DNA of 64,000 nucleotides from Octopus sinensis (GCF_006345805.1 NC_042999.1:137702001-137766000); one strand, 5' to 3'. Shown: positions 25,886-40,375, counted from the first letter of the stretch. A program made the numbers and translations. Notes: generated by a model not told the origin, from the letters alone.

Positions 25886-28102
25886 ATATAGCTGGCCTGA
25901 AAAGCTGAGTATTAGTTTACATCTATCCTACTGAGATTAATAAACTGTAGCAAGAATTCTGTTTCTTTCAGATACAAGATACAACATTTCAGAATAAAAA
26001 ACTTACATTGCTTATGATTTCAATTGAAACACAACTGATAAGGTTTAAATTTTGTTTTATGAACAGTATAAAAAGTTATTTTTTCTTAGATAAAACAAGT
26101 AGAAATCAAATAAATCCCAGTTCTTCTAGTGTCAAAAGGCCTTGAATAAAACTATCAATTTCAACAAACATACACAGATAATTTAACAGTTAAAATTAGA
26201 GCAGCTTTCACTGAAATGAATCATTTGAAAACAATTTCCATTGTTGATATTTTTTTTTCTTCTTTTTAAATAAATATTTTTTTAACAATCAACAGATATT
26301 CATGAAGCATTTGAATTAATAAATGACAGAGAATTTTAAAAAACTGAAAAAGATAACTGATATTATAATGAAAAGAAATTTTTCAGCATAATAAAAAAAG
26401 GAGAAAATATGCAGCCACAAAAATTAATCAAAGACAATGTTAATAATGATAACAGCATTTTCCTACAGTTTCTATAAAAACTTGGCTAACAAATAGAAGG
26501 AAAGCAGCAAAAAAGCTTATAAAAATATTAAGGCACTTTAAAAATATGTAGTCATTAAATTCCAAATACATTGAAATAAATGACTGAGATAATAATTATT
26601 CTTTTTCAATGAAATAATAAAGAGTGAAAAAAGTAGAAGTGAAGAGAAATAGAAGTGAAAAGGATTGGAAATGATAACATATTGTTCCGTAAAAATTCTA
26701 TCACTCGTAGAAATCTCACTAAGCCAGGCAATGAATCATAACAAGGAATGAGTGCAAACTAATTACAAAGCAAAAACATGAATCACTTTCCAAATTTTAA
26801 ACAGTAGGCATTGGATAATTGTTGGCAATCCTCATATTTTTCCTTTTTCTTTTCTTTGTATTTCTTCAAAAGGAAATCTATATTCAGAAGCCATACATTT
26901 TTAACAGAATTAAAATAATGGATGAGTAATCCTAGCCCTTTCATACATAGGAATAAATGTAAAATTCTTTATGAATGCTATCCATACGTAACAAAAAATA
27001 TCACACTGATACATTTTCTATGATTTAAAAAAAAGAAAAAAAACATGCTAATGCACAATTTCTAAATCAAGTGCAATTCCATTTTACACACTTTATCTCA
27101 AATTAATTGTGGATATCTATCTGTTCATTGTGGTGATAATATTTAATGATATAAATTACATTTGTATCATGGAAACTTGCAGGCAGAAACCACATGAAAA
27201 CTTGCCCATTTGGAACATGATTTATAACACCAGCACAATATTATTATTTTCACAATTATTTCTAAAACTACAAAAATAAATAAATTGCCATTATATTACT
27301 TTCATATTGGAATAAAATACATTCTGTGTGCAGATAAGGTAATTTTTGTCATTAATTCTGTTTTTGTCTCTGCCAAAATTTTGAGTCAACTGATTTTTCA
27401 ACCTTGTCTAAAGAGAAACTTCATTACAAAGAAAAAACTAAGCAAAAATAGACAAACTGAACTGTAAAAAGTACATTACAGATAAGCAAAGAAATAGTAA
27501 AATTCATGCTGACAGGAAATAGTGCTTATTACAATTTATGAACAGAAGACACAAACACATATTCAGTCCTTGTTTACTATCACCAAAAACAAATAAAATT
27601 TAAAAAATCCTTGTAATAAATTAAAGTTCTCAGAATGCCCTCTTCACAATAATGGGTCATAAAGAATTATCAGCCATGGTAATCTATAGCAGATTTTTTT
27701 TTTAAATAGTTAATATGATAGCTTCCATATGGTAAATTTCATTTATGGTATTTAAAAAGTAAAAAGGTTGAAATTCAATGAAAATAACTAAAATTAGTTA
27801 ATATGTAAATCAAAACAAAATATGGGGTGACACAACACAACCATTTTTGCCATGACTTGTATCAGAAGTTTTCTGTAAATTATGCAAAAACTGTTTTTAA
27901 CTTTTCAGTTTAATCTTTTTTAAGCTTAGACAAAAATCTTATATTTCCAATCTCATATATAACTGTTTTATCAATGAACATTAAATTATTCCCTTCAATA
28001 AAAGACATAATATGCAAAGAAGCATAATCGAGCAACTTATCCTAACAAGAAATGCACAAAGGCCAATGAAACCCAGATATATAACTAAGAGTATATCTAT
28101 AA

Positions 28103-28600
28103 ATAGAAAAATTATACTTTCTAAATCTCTCAACGAGAGATATTCAGTAACAGTACTCTAAAATAAAGATTATTTGCCAACATAATGTGGCAGTCCCGGT
28201 TGGGACGAATGTTACTGCCCCAGAAACATCATCTCCAGCTAGCTATACAACACACTGTGTCCTTATATTTTCAAACAGGGGAGTTCAGCATCCCCACTCA
28301 GCACTAAGTAATATCTGCAGACTGCAATTTCTGGGTTATTTCCCTTCCTCAACACAGAATAATTGCTTGGCTAGAGACGGTGCTGCTAAATACCTGTTTG
28401 AAAATATATATAATTTTCAAAGTGTCACACAGTCACTTATCTAATGAATAGAAAAATTATTATTTCTAAATTTCTCAAAGAGAGACATTCAGCAACAGTA
28501 CTCTAAAGTATAGATTATTTGCCAACATAATGTGGCAGTCCCAGTTGGGACGAATGTTACTGTTATTTAGCCCCAGGAAGCATCATCTCCAGCTGGCTAT
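28103..28600. repeat. Direct repeat (~150 bp, units at 28103 and 28448); related copy at ~7770-7860
   Basis: Shared ...gccaacataatgtggcagtccc.gttgggacgaatgttactg...ccccag..catcatctccagct.gctat. Confidence 0.85.
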
Positions 28601-30510
28601 ATCTATGGTAGCTGAATAATCACATAATATGAAAGTATGCTATTTCTGAAAAACAAAAACCTTCAATAAGTGGCAAATTCATTAAAAAAAGAACAAAAGG
28701 CTTTGTGGTATTTTTCCAACTCTCTAAGCTCCGAGTTCAAATAGTATAGGGGTCAACTTCATTTTACATCCTTTCAGAGTTGATGAAATTCTGTCAGTTC
28801 ACCACTTTGAAGTGTTACATCACTGGATGGGATGCCTTATAGCATTTGTTCTGGCTGTTTGTGTCATATGGGTCCTTAGCAGATATTTATGAACTCTACA
28901 CATCATCATACCCCCTCAGTACTAGCCCTTTCACTCAGCATGTGACCTTCAATCATATTGTTAAACATTGTTTGGATGCAGGCAATTTTCCATAACAACT
29001 AGAACCAGTGGGATTAGGCTACAGGGAAAATAAAAAATTAGGCAGTATCATAATCTTCCTGTTCTGAACCAGCAAATTTCTAATCTAGGATGCAGTCTAC
29101 AGCAACACTTTCTCCAGCATCAACCTGGTGGAATCAGCATCAGACCCAAACTTCATTGCCCAATAGGCAGAGGATTGCAAGTTACTTTCTGGTAAAAATT
29201 TTTTTCAAACCTGTAGTAATTCAAACATCCAGAATTCTGAACTCCTCCCAGCTACCTTTCTACTCAATCTGATTGGGGTAGAGATTGTGATCACAGGAAT
29301 GATCTGCAAGAGGTGGAATGACTTTCGGTGCATCTCTCTCACCATTCTTCAGAGTAATGCATTCACTATTTTATATTCCGGGACTACAAATTATTTGTTT
29401 GACTCATTGTAATATATTTCTCAACAAATTTATAGCATACAGTAAAGGAACAAAGATCAAAAAAGACAAAAGTCCAGCTGAAACAAAATCACAACCAAAG
29501 AACTTCCAACTAATTTCACTCTTCTGAGTAATCTTTCTCAACAGAATCTCATCCATTATTGAACATCTTTACAAAGAACTGGTTCTCATTTTGAAAAGTC
29601 AACAAACCAACTTAACCACACAGCCATACCTATATCTGTTTTATATTATTAGCATTTAAAGCATCCCTTAAAAGTCTTTCTACATCAATTAAATCAAGTA
29701 CATCTTATTTTTATGGACAAAAGTTTGCTCCAACTGTACAGATAAAGCCATTCACAAAGATCTTAGGAGATATGAATACAAGATTCAGTTATGGTCCTGT
29801 TATGTGACATTTACAACTTATTCAAGTTCAAACAAGATCAGATTTGCTTCATATCTATGAAAAGCTAGAGCTATATGTCAGAAGCTGTAATCTCTATAAG
29901 ATCAGACTAGAAAATCTGCAGAAAATACTAAAGCAACTAAAAAACATGGTATTACACGAAAAAAAAATGCAATGTTTTTATTTTCTATAGCAAGGGATAC
30001 TATTCATTGCCTGTAATAATAAATCCAAGTATATATTGTATTTAAAAATATATTTGATATTTATTTCTAACAAAGACACATGATTTTACGTTTGAAGGAA
30101 AGGTTATATCTTTTTTATCTTTTTCTTGTTTCAGTCATTAGACTGCAGCCATGCTGGGGCACCACCTTATGTATAGTTGGTTATATCAACCCAGTATTTG
30201 ACTGGTACTTAATTCTATGAAGCCTGGAAAAATGAAAGGCAAAAATAGTCCTCAGAACATAAAAGGTGTTATATTTGATGCATTAATAATTCTACCAAGC
30301 CACTGCATTATTGGTTTTCGTCATCATTATCATTTTAACATCCACTTTTCCATACTTGCATGGGCCAGAATTTATTGAAATAGATTTTCTATGTCTGGAT
30401 GCCCTTCCAGTTGTCAACCCACTTTTGTTGCTATGGCCTAACACTGCTGACATTCATTTCAACTATCATACAATGTCAGGACAGAGAGGCACAAACACCT
30501 ACACATATAA

Positions 30511-31565
30511 TATTGGGTTGGCAAGAAAGTAATTTCGTTTTTCACAAATAGATAGAGTTACGATATTTTTGAATGATTTTTGTCAATGTTATGATGTTTT
30601 TCCTTTTGACATTTGATTTTTTAGCTTACTTTAGAAACAAATTGTGCATAATTTTGTTTACAGCTGTTAGTTCAATATCAATTTTAACATGGAGTGCAAA
30701 AACAAATATTTTCACCATATTTTGCTTCTCTATTTCTGTAAAGGCAATAAAGCTGTTGAGGCACACAAAGAAATATGTGAAGTTTATGGTGTTGGTTGCT
30801 TAACAGAATGCCAGTGTCAAAAATATGATTCAAGAAATTCTGTTCTGGAGAAAGATAACCAACATTCTGGTCGAACTACTGAAGTTAGTGATGACTGAAT
30901 CAAAGCCATAATTAAATCTGATTGATATATAACTGTGCAAGAAATTGCAGAGAGGTTAAATGTATCACACACAAAAATTGAAAATCACTTGAAATGTCTT
31001 GGACTCATTAGGAAGCTCAACATTTGGGTTTCACATAAATTGAAAGAGATTCACTTAACACAACAAATCAATATTTGTGATATGCATCTCAAACACAATG
31101 AAATCAACATTTTTTTTAAACAAATCATCACTGGTGATGAAAAATGAATTGTCTACAATAACATCAATCAAAAACGATCATGGTCCAAGCATAATGAACC
31201 AGCACAAAATACATCAAAAGCTGAATTGCATAAAAAAAAAGGTCATGCTGTCAATTTGGTAAGATTACAAAAGTGTTATGTATGTATTTTGAGCTGCTTC
31301 CAAGGAACCAAATGATCAATTCAGATGTTTACTGTCAACAACTAATAAAACTGGAACCAATCAGAGAAAACGGCTAGAATTGGCAAATCATAAAGGAATT
31401 GTGTTCCACCATGACAACACCAGACCACACATGTCTTTGCTAACTCATGAAAAATTATTAGAGCTTGGTTGGGAAGTGATGCCACATCCACCATATAGCC
31501 CTGACCTTGCACTATCAGATCACCATGTATTTCAAAGTTTGCAAAATTCTTTGAATGGCAAAACT
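30511..31565 (+). mobile_element. mariner (DD34D-type) transposon remnant, 3' truncated
   Basis: TIR-like tattgggttggcaagaaagtaatttcg. Motifs WVSHKL, ITGDEK*, FHHDNTRPH, HPPYSPDLALSDHHVF. Stops and frameshifts. Confidence 0.92.
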
Positions 31566-32446
31566 TTACAGAGTGTATTGGGTGCTTTTTCAGGCTTGAG
31601 GCACTAGCAAGACTGCCAAGTAACTTGCAAAACAAGAAAGGAAAGAAACAAGAAAAAGGAGGTAAAAAAAAAGGCAAATAGAAGCAAAAAATCTCTTAGA
31701 CTGTATGGATGGGAGAGTATTTGAGAGAGAGAGGTGTGATTGTTCTATACCAGGTGTTGTGAGACTAGATAGAGTGTGATAGAAGAACAGGCCTAGGTGA
31801 CTTGTAATAGAGATATGAGGCTAAGTAGTTGAAAAGTTGGAAAGAAGTGGTGGTGGGATGTTGGAGCATTTCAAGATACAGTAGATCTTAGTAGTGGAAT
31901 GGACAGAGAGAGAAAGAGTGGAGTACAGGTGCATGTAACAAATGATGGTGAGAGGTGTAGAAGTGGCTCAAGTGGGTAAACAGGTAAGAGAACTGTTAAG
32001 ATTGAAGAGCAATGGCTGAAGGCAGAAAAGGAAGTGATTGGTGGGAATAGTGTAGACAGAAATGATAAAGAGAAATGGAAATGATTCAGGGTAATGGAGG
32101 GGTGTAATGTGCCTATTCTGCTCTCAATTGATTACAGCCACCAAATAGCACCATAAATAGAGAAGTGATGAATGTTAGGGGATGAATAAGCAACAAGAAT
32201 AGGTAAGATCAACAGCCATCTATTTTTATTGGTACAAGAATGTAAAATGCTTATAAAAAGGGCTTTTACTGAAGTGATATAAAGTTTACTTAAAGCATAA
32301 TCAAACATTAGTTTGTACAGAAGCAAGTTGTCTTACTGCATGCAGCTCTTGTGATTTTTTTTATTAAGCAAAAAGGAAGAAAATTAAAAAGTTCAAAGTT
32401 TCAAAGAGAAGTAAATGTAACTAATTAATTTCTGAAAATTACTTAC

Positions 32447-32577
32447 GTGATCTATAAATCTGCATGGCTTTCTTCCCTCCACAGTAAAATCGAAAATCTG
32501 TAGGACACTCTTTTGAACACTTTTTTTCTTCAACTTGTTTTATATGAGAGTTGTTAGGCGTGCAATAACATTGGTTA
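32447..32577 (-). CDS. WSC domain 1, C-half (NQCYCTPNNSHIKQVEEKKCSKECPTDFRFYCGGKKAMQIYRS)
   Basis: CYC...C...C...CGG...IY WSC pattern. tag/gtaagt boundaries. 131 nt, phase 2-1. Confidence 0.92.
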
Positions 32578-33499
32578 CTATAATTAAAGATATTTTATTG
32601 CAAATTAAACAGACAAGGAGTTAAAATGGTAATTGATCTGTGTCATAGCAAGAACTCCCAGCACCCAAGGGATTAGGACAAAGACACTTTTGATTCTCCT
32701 ACTTTCATTAATAGTCATGATATCAAATCAAATGTTGTACTCCTTTACATTTATTGTAAAATCTCTATTTCAAAAACATATATGGGAAAAAATACAAAAA
32801 CAATGATTATAATGATGCATGATGTTAGAGTAATTGAGTTTTATAGCTGGATGCCCTTCCTGTTACAAACCACTCAAGAATGAACAAAAGAATGAAGAGG
32901 AATAAGCAATCAAGAAATAAAGAAAAACAGTATATATTTTATATCTGTATTTATTTTTGTTTTCTTTATTTTTTCATTTGGTTACCTATATCTATATAAT
33001 AAATCTACTCAATCTGAGTTGGCTTGTGGTATCCACCAACTGTCACCTTAGTAATAAAATTTTGATATTCAAGTAAAATGATTTAATCTAAAAATATATT
33101 TATTAAACATTAATCCTGACACTAGTTCAAAACATTACTTTACTCAAATCATCAGCAAGGTCTTCATGATTATATACCTTCATATTAACAGTGAGGCCAG
33201 CTCTCTGAATACACTAATTGAGAATACCTCCAAATTTATCTCCAGTAAGTACAGAGCAATGTTTAGTATAAGCAGATGAGAGATACATTTTCACTGCATA
33301 TGAGGCCAGTTTATTGCAAGTAATATTCTCAAGTAACCCAGTACTTATTCCTGACAACTAGATAAACTGATTCATGCAAAATTAAGTGTACTGCTTAAAT
33401 GTGCAATAAAATAACTGCATAAGAGCTGAATCCATACTTCTACTTATGTTACATGAAGAAAGGGTTAAAATAAATCTGCTAGAACTGGTCTGAAATTCG

Positions 33500-34404
33500 G
33501 GATCTTTTCCTTTTGAACGGCAGATCGAGAAATTAATTTTTTGTAACTAAACACTTTCAATGTGTCATATGAAACATCTTTTACTCTTAGTGCTTTTGAG
33601 AAAAGTTTATATTTACAAGGTTATTTCATGTTGAAGTTGTCATATTTTGGTAATTTCAACCAATGACGTGTGTATTCAGCTGAATAAAATTACTGCTGTT
33701 GTTTGTCAACAACAACTATCGGCGGCATATATTTTGTTTGTCACTATTATTTATGACATCGTTCATGCGCTTGTACTGGTTTTAGGGTTAGAGTTAGGGT
33801 TTTAGGGTTAGGGTTAAGGTTTTAGGGTTAGGGTTAGGGTTTTAGGGTTAGGGAGTTAGTGTTAGGGTTAGGGTTTTAGGGTTAGAGTGTTAGGGTTAAG
33901 GTTTTAAGGTTAGGGTTGGAGTTTTAGGGTTAGAGTTACGGAAAAAATTTAAAATGAAGAAATTGGAAGAGTAGGGGTAGGGGGAAGTCTTTCCGAAAAT
34001 AGTAGCTGAAAACAGGAAAAAAAAAGTATTTAAAAGCAGTAGAAATGCATGAACAATTATGGTGGTGCCATGAAGTAAAACACGCTTCAGATACACTTGT
34101 TTATTCATACAAACGTAGCTGAGATGAAATATGTCATAAATAACAGTGACAAATGAAATATACACCATTGGAAGTTGTTGTTGACAAACAACAGCAGTAA
34201 TTTTATTCAGCTGAATACACATCATTGATTGGTTGAAATTACCGAAATACGACAACTTTAACACGAAATAACTTTGTAAATATAAACTTTTCTCATAAAC
34301 GCTATGAGTAAAAGATATTTTATATGACACATTCTACCAGTATACGAAATTTGAAAGTTACAAAATATTATTTTCTGAATCTGCCCGTCAAAAGGTAAAG
34401 ATCC
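33500..34404. mobile_element. Foldback/MITE with ~270-bp TIRs, 8-bp TSD and internal telomeric repeats
   Basis: GGATC...GATCC termini. gaaattcg at 33492-33499 and 34405-34412. Arms 33500-33768 and ~34131-34404 are inverted. Confidence 0.9.
33779..33937 (+). repeat. Interstitial (TTAGGG/TTTTAGGG)n array
   Basis: Directly visible degenerate TTAGGG units. Confidence 0.95.
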
Positions 34405-34928
34405 GAAATTCGTTTGCACTGATCTGTTTCTGACATCTTCAATTACATTACAATTTCCATGCATAAGTTTGTATTCAGTTCCGGTTTTAAAACATAATCA
34501 ACATTACTTTCCACATTTCTCTGGTCAACAGAATTTAATACTAAAAAAATTTTAAAGTAACTAGTTGAATGGATGAGTGATAAAACTAAATTACTAGAAC
34601 TAATAGCTATACAACCTATACTAACATGAAGACAAAATCACTGTTTCTCTTATAACAATGAAAGATTCTCAATACATCCTATTTATTAAGCCAAATAATC
34701 TAAGCAAATGATGAATTAGAACTGGTTTAACTGAAACTAATTAGCACTGCATATTTTGGTAATACTTTCAGGCTACCAGATTGAAGTAGTATTTAGCTTG
34801 GGTTTGGAGTGAAACATTTTTTTCTTTTTAAAATTCATTTAGAAAGCTCTAAAATCTTGGTTAGATTACAGTCAAAACAATCAACCTTTTCATTAAACAG
34901 ATTATGTATAAAAATATTATCTTCATAG

Positions 34929-35320
34929 AGGCACAGGTGTAGCTATGTGGTAAGAAGCTTGCTTCCCAATCACATGGTTCTGGGTCCAGTACCACTGCGT
35001 TCACCTTGGGCAGGTGTCTTCTACTATAGGCTTGGGCTGACCAAAGGATTGTGAGTGGATTTGTTAGACAGAAACTGAAAGAAGCCTGTCATATATATGT
35101 ATATATAAATATCTATGTGTGTGTGTCTTCATGTCTGTGCTTCACAACCAGTGCTGGTGTGTTTGCATTCCCTGTAACTTGGCAGTTTGGCAAAGGAGAC
35201 TGATAGAATAAGTACCAGACTATAAAAAATAAGCACTGAGGTCAATACATTCAACTAAAAATTCTTCAAGGCAGTGCCCCTGTGTGGCCACAGTCTAATG
35301 GCTGAAACAAGTAAAAGACA
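34929..35320 (+). mobile_element. tRNA-derived SINE (family of 4249)
   Basis: A/B-box-like head, ccttgggcaggtgtc core and shared 3' tail. Confidence 0.85.
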
Positions 35321-35711
35321 AAAAAGATAACTTTCCAGTATCTTTGCTACTAAAGAAGATATGATTGATTAAAGAGAAATTTAAAACCAGATAACAAAAT
35401 TAGGATGAATATACTGTAATGATTCAGTTCTGTATTCAGTGGAGATGTTCATGCATGACTAAAGAATACTTTCAATACAATGTTGTCTCTATTTATTTGT
35501 TCACCAGAACCAGAAGGTTGTATCATCCCTGCCAGATAAAGGAGAGCAAGATGAGAAAGAATCAGAGCAAGAGGGTGATAAAAGAAAGAATATAAGAAAA
35601 TAATGAAAATGGTAGGTGCAAAAGGATGAAAGAGGACTAGCATGGGGAAAGGTATTAATTAAAATGGAAAGTGTGTAATATCAATGATGTTAAGTTGAAT
35701 ATCATACTTAC

Positions 35712-35850
35712 CCATTTCTAACTCCAGCATAAAGTATGTTATAACTTTGACATTTCAAAATGCAATCTTCCAAAGTAAGCTCTTGAGAATTGTATATATT
35801 ATAAAAGGAAAACTTTTCCTCAAATGTTTCAAAACAACCAAGATAGTCAG
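35712..35850 (-). CDS. WSC domain 1, N-half (DYLGCFETFEEKF...LTLEDCILKCQSYNILYAGVRNG)
   Basis: Canonical WSC motifs YLGCF, LT..C..C, YAG. ag/gtaagt boundaries. 139 nt, phase 1-2. Not in the ORF track. Confidence 0.92.
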
Positions 35851-36648
35851 CTATATGAAAATAGAAATTATGCCAAATATCAATATAGAAGTAATATAGC
35901 TATAAATCTAGAAGTATACTTCTGTTAAAATCTATGCTTGTATTTTCTAGAAATTTTAATGAAGCACTGCCAATGATCTGTTATAAAAGTACATCACTTC
36001 CCTCTAAGTAAGATGGCACTTTCATATCATCGTTATCATCATCAGCATTGTTTTATAATAGAATGTAAAACTCAGAATGTCTGAGAATCTGTGTACAGAT
36101 ATTACCTGTTTTTCAGAAGAGAATAAAAAAAGATCACCATTAAGACACAAGCATGCTTGTGTAGTCAAGAAGCTCGCTTTTCAACCACATGCTTTTAGGT
36201 TCAGTCCCACTACATGGAACTTTGAGAAAGTGACTTCTATTATAGCCCCCAAACCAACCAACATCTCATAAGTGAATTTGGTAGACAGAAACTATGGGAA
36301 GCCCATCATATGTGTGTTTGTCTCCACCACCACTTGACAATCAAAATACTTGTTAGAACTGATATTATAGTTGAGATAAAGAGTTAGTTTATACTAGAGA
36401 CAATGGTGAGGCAACATCACTTAGCTTTCAGTTGCCTGATTGTTCTATCAATAAATCAATAAATATGTAACAGATAACATTAATATTTGAAAATAATATT
36501 TAACTGTCAGTCATTCTTCCAGATTTGATCAAAATACATACCAGTAATATTCTGAGATTAGTCCAACCCATGTCAGCATGGAAAACAGACATTAAATAAT
36601 GATGATGATAATGCTGAGGTTAATTCAGTCAACTATACTATTTTAAAA

Positions 36649-36868
36649 CCCTTTTGTTACTGTATTTATTTTGAGATGCTCTGTATTTCTTTCAATTATT
36701 TTAGATATAACAAAAAATTTATCAAAATAACTTAGTTATTATTCAGCTAGTGTTAGGAACATAAATTGTGACTAAGGTTTGGTGGAAGATTTTAATTCAA
36801 AACTTATGAAAACAAGACATTTGTAATCAAATCCAGAGCCGGTTTCAGCCAGGTTGGTAACGAAAGGG
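36649..36868. mobile_element. piggyBac-like MITE
   Basis: TIR cccttttgttac / gtaacgaaaggg followed by TTAA. Left TSD is degenerate. Confidence 0.6.
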
Positions 36869-37231
36869 TTAAAAACTCAGCTTTATGTCCAGTCAAAAAA
36901 AATCAGATTATATTTCTAATGTTTATTAATGAAAATATCTGAGAACAATGTTATTTCTCGAGAAATTAAATTTTAAAACATTCATAGAAAAAAAATACAG
37001 TGACTCATAAAAAGCAAAAATTTAAATTGGAGAAAATAGTTTACATCAAACTGAGACTGTCAAAGACTGAAAAAATTTAAGCAAACAGTTCATATGTATA
37101 ACATTAAAACAAATAATTTCTAATTACAGATTTCAATTTATAATTATTTTATTAATAACTCTATACTCATTTTTAATTATAAATATTTTCAATGTTATAA
37201 AGAAAAATATTTAGAAAGTCTATACACTTAC

Positions 37232-37354
37232 CATCTGCATAAAGAGACATTCGTTTTGATATACTTTGAAAGTATGCATAACACCGCATGGTTTTATTAA
37301 TGAAACCTCGAAGTGTATTGGTACTTTGAGGAGCAGTACATTGTTTCCATTTTT
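37232..37354 (-). CDS. WSC-domain gene exon, stem region (EKWKQCTAPQSTNTLRGFINKTMRCYAYFQSISKRMSLYAD)
   Basis: Acceptor ttcttcttaag, donor ATG|GTAAGT. 123 nt, phase 1-1, open frame. Confidence 0.8.
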
Positions 37355-39259
37355 CTTAAGAAGAAAATTATAATTTTTTTAATATAACATCATCTTTTTT
37401 TATATAATATTTTTTTACATTGAATAGTTGTTTTCATTTGGATACAAAACATACAGGCATAAGTGATTAAAAAAACATTGGAATTTAGAGAATTCAATAT
37501 GAATGTGTTGAGAAATAAATATCAGCTGATAATAACATCAAAATAATGAACATTGTAATAATTTTATATTTGTTTTTTATAGGCTAACATGAGATGGGAA
37601 TAGAATATCAATGCAACTGCTGCTTCTCTCAACATATTTTTCTTCAAAGCTATATCCCTTGAGAAGACTTTTTGTCAGTTCAGTCTTGTCTCAACTTTTC
37701 CTGTTTTAACTAAAATGTGATTACTAGACACACATGTCTTTATTCAGTTCTATGTGTATAGAAGTTATTATCCTCCAACTTCTACACATCCTAACTGTTT
37801 TCTTATCTAATTTTCACAGCTTTTACTTCTTTCATTCATAATAAAATTTACATTATAGATATTCTCTCATTTCATTTATGGTAATGAGTAGCTAATGATA
37901 TAACTTTATAGGTTCAAACAAAAGAAATTTCATAATCTAATAGTTATGTTCTCTCAGAAGACATTATAATACATTCTAAATATTTCTACTGTTTTTACTC
38001 TGACAGATTTAATTTAAATTGAGTCAGTTTTCATATTCAGACTTGTCCCTTCCCTTTTTAAAGTTATGTTCAAACTTTAGTTCTTATATCTTTCCACTAA
38101 CAACAAACAAAAATATACATATTTCAGAGATAATATAACAATAATATTTAATAAAATATATATTTCAGAAACAGTACAACAATAATTATTTAATGAAATT
38201 TAAAAAAAAAAAATTTTTTTTCTTTTTGAACGTTGAATATTTTCAAAAGAAATTACTTGAAATTGAACAGTTTTCTTACACATACAACTAGGAAAATAGT
38301 TTGTCTATTACAAATAAGAGCTTCTAATCTGTTTATCAAACTAGAAATAGGTGATTTTACTACAAATGCTTGAACAAGCATCCAATTAGAATCTATTACA
38401 TCAAATAATAACAACAGTACTACAGAATTTGTCTTTAACTTTAAATGATTTATTTGCTGACAAAAGATGGATGTCAGTAATTTTTAAGACATAATTCAGA
38501 ACACAAAGGATTCACCTTGCAAAAATGTAAACAGCAGCTAGAAAGCTAGCTATTGTGAAAAGGGAAAAGAAATATCTTCAAAACCATCTTGAATCACAGA
38601 GTGAAGTAATTAATCACCATATTTTCAAAGAGAAAAACAGTTTTTGCAGCTGAGTTCCTATTCTAGACATAACAAATTTCTTCTTATATATTCGTGATTT
38701 ATATAAATAGACAAGGGAAAAATAACAAAGAAAAATGAAAAATGTCTTGTATTCCTTTTTTTTACATAGTCTGTAAGTTGACTCCTTTTGTTTTTAATTC
38801 CACATAGAAATAAGAGTAGGCACCATTCATGAACACTTCTGTTTATCTAAATATAATAATGAAACTTTATAATTTCTAGTAAGTTGAAAAGTCAACCTCA
38901 ACAAATCTTGAATTTGAAAATATGAAATCCAAAATTGCGTTCCATTTAAAAGTTGCTGCTCCAGTTGTCATTACTGGGATGTTTCAAAATATTAAAAGGC
39001 ATAATTTGCTCTGAAAATATAACTGAACTCAACCAGCCAGAGAATCAAAGTAAATATTGTTAAGTGGAGCAAATGAAATTATTTCTTGCCTGAGAAAAAC
39101 AAACATCACCATGAACTTTACACATATGAACTTTCTGCATACAATAAGTATCTCTGTAGAATCTATTATCTTAGAATAATTGGTTTACAACTGTCTTTTA
39201 TCATTTTTCTTTTTAAAAGTTGAATGAAGTAAAATATCATTGAAGTAAATATTACTTAC

Positions 39260-39292
39260 CAGAGTTGACTAAAACATACTGAATATACACAG
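39260..39292 (-). CDS. WSC-domain gene micro-exon (SVYIQYVLVNS)
   Basis: Acceptor atttctag, donor CTG|GTAAGT. 33 nt, phase 1-1, open frame. Confidence 0.75.
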
Positions 39293-39489
39293 CTAGAAAT
39301 AACAAAAATAAATGAATAATGAAAAAATTCAAGTTTTACTCAAATTAAAAAATATTTTATCTTGTTTTTTTAAATTAAACTTAGCATCATTTCTATTTCA
39401 AATTTATTTTCCTTCCTCATCATTATCATTCCTATTCTGAATATATCTTGCTTTTCCAATGTTTATTGATCCATCTTTTATTTTAGTAT

Positions 39490-40335
39490 ATGATGATGAT
39501 GAATTTCAATATTTTAAATCCAGGTTTGTCCCCTTTAATGGGGGTGGCCAGATCTACCTCACTCTTACAGTAACCACTCTCACACCATCTTGCCTGGTTT
39601 CGGGCATCCTCCCTTCTCAAGCCAACCCTCCCAATCTCCTCCTCCACCTGTCCCCTCCACGTTTTCTTTGGTCGACCTCGTTTTCAAGGTTCCTTCATTT
39701 TAAACACAAGCAGTCTCCTCAGAACATGATCCTCATCCCTCCTCAACACATGACCATACCACCACACTCCATTCGCCTTGCCAGTTGTTTCACTGATTCC
39801 TCCAATCCCAGCATCCCCATCAAGTCCTCAACTTTCCTTTTATCCAATAGTTTCACACCACACATTGCTCTCGCCATTGCTTTCTTGGTCCTTCTCAAAA
39901 TTGCCATTTTGCTTTCCCTCAGACACCATGACTCACTCCCATACAGCATTGCAGATCTCATGCAACTCCGATAAACCCATCCTTTCATCTTCAAGGAGAA
40001 CCTTTTTTTCCATATAATAACACTCCACATACCCCTGAACTTCACCCAGCCAAGTCTCACACTTGCTGTCACAGCTTCTTCACATCCATCACTTATACCC
40101 ACCCTATCTCTCAAATAACAAAACCCTATCACCATTTCCACCTTGTCACATAGCGTTTCCACTGGTTCCGCCAGCACTCCAGCTTCTTTCTCACATCTTT
40201 CACAAATAAAATCTGTTGCCAGTCTTGAGGTTACCTTCTTCATTTTGTACATCTACCATGAATCAATTTCCCACATTTCATACACAACACCACGTTTGCC
40301 ATTACCCTCCTCCCACACACACCAAATGGGTCTAT
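39490..40335 (-). mobile_element. 5'-truncated RTE LINE (same family as 11220)
   Basis: FCYLRD...ASVRLGWVKF, AMLYGSESW. The 3' UTR is shared with 11226. Confidence 0.92.
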
Positions 40336-40375
40336 ATATAACTGCAATTCTGAGTTCTTTATATGCTTCATGTAA

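Noticed and set aside
33779-33937. True telomere or chromosome fusion site
   Set aside because: Short, degenerate, single orientation, and enclosed by TIRs with a TSD inside an intron.
39459-39974. 171-aa plus-strand ORF as a gene
   Set aside because: Antisense shadow of the RTE LINE; the same applies to ORFs at 11226-11952 and 16041-16597.
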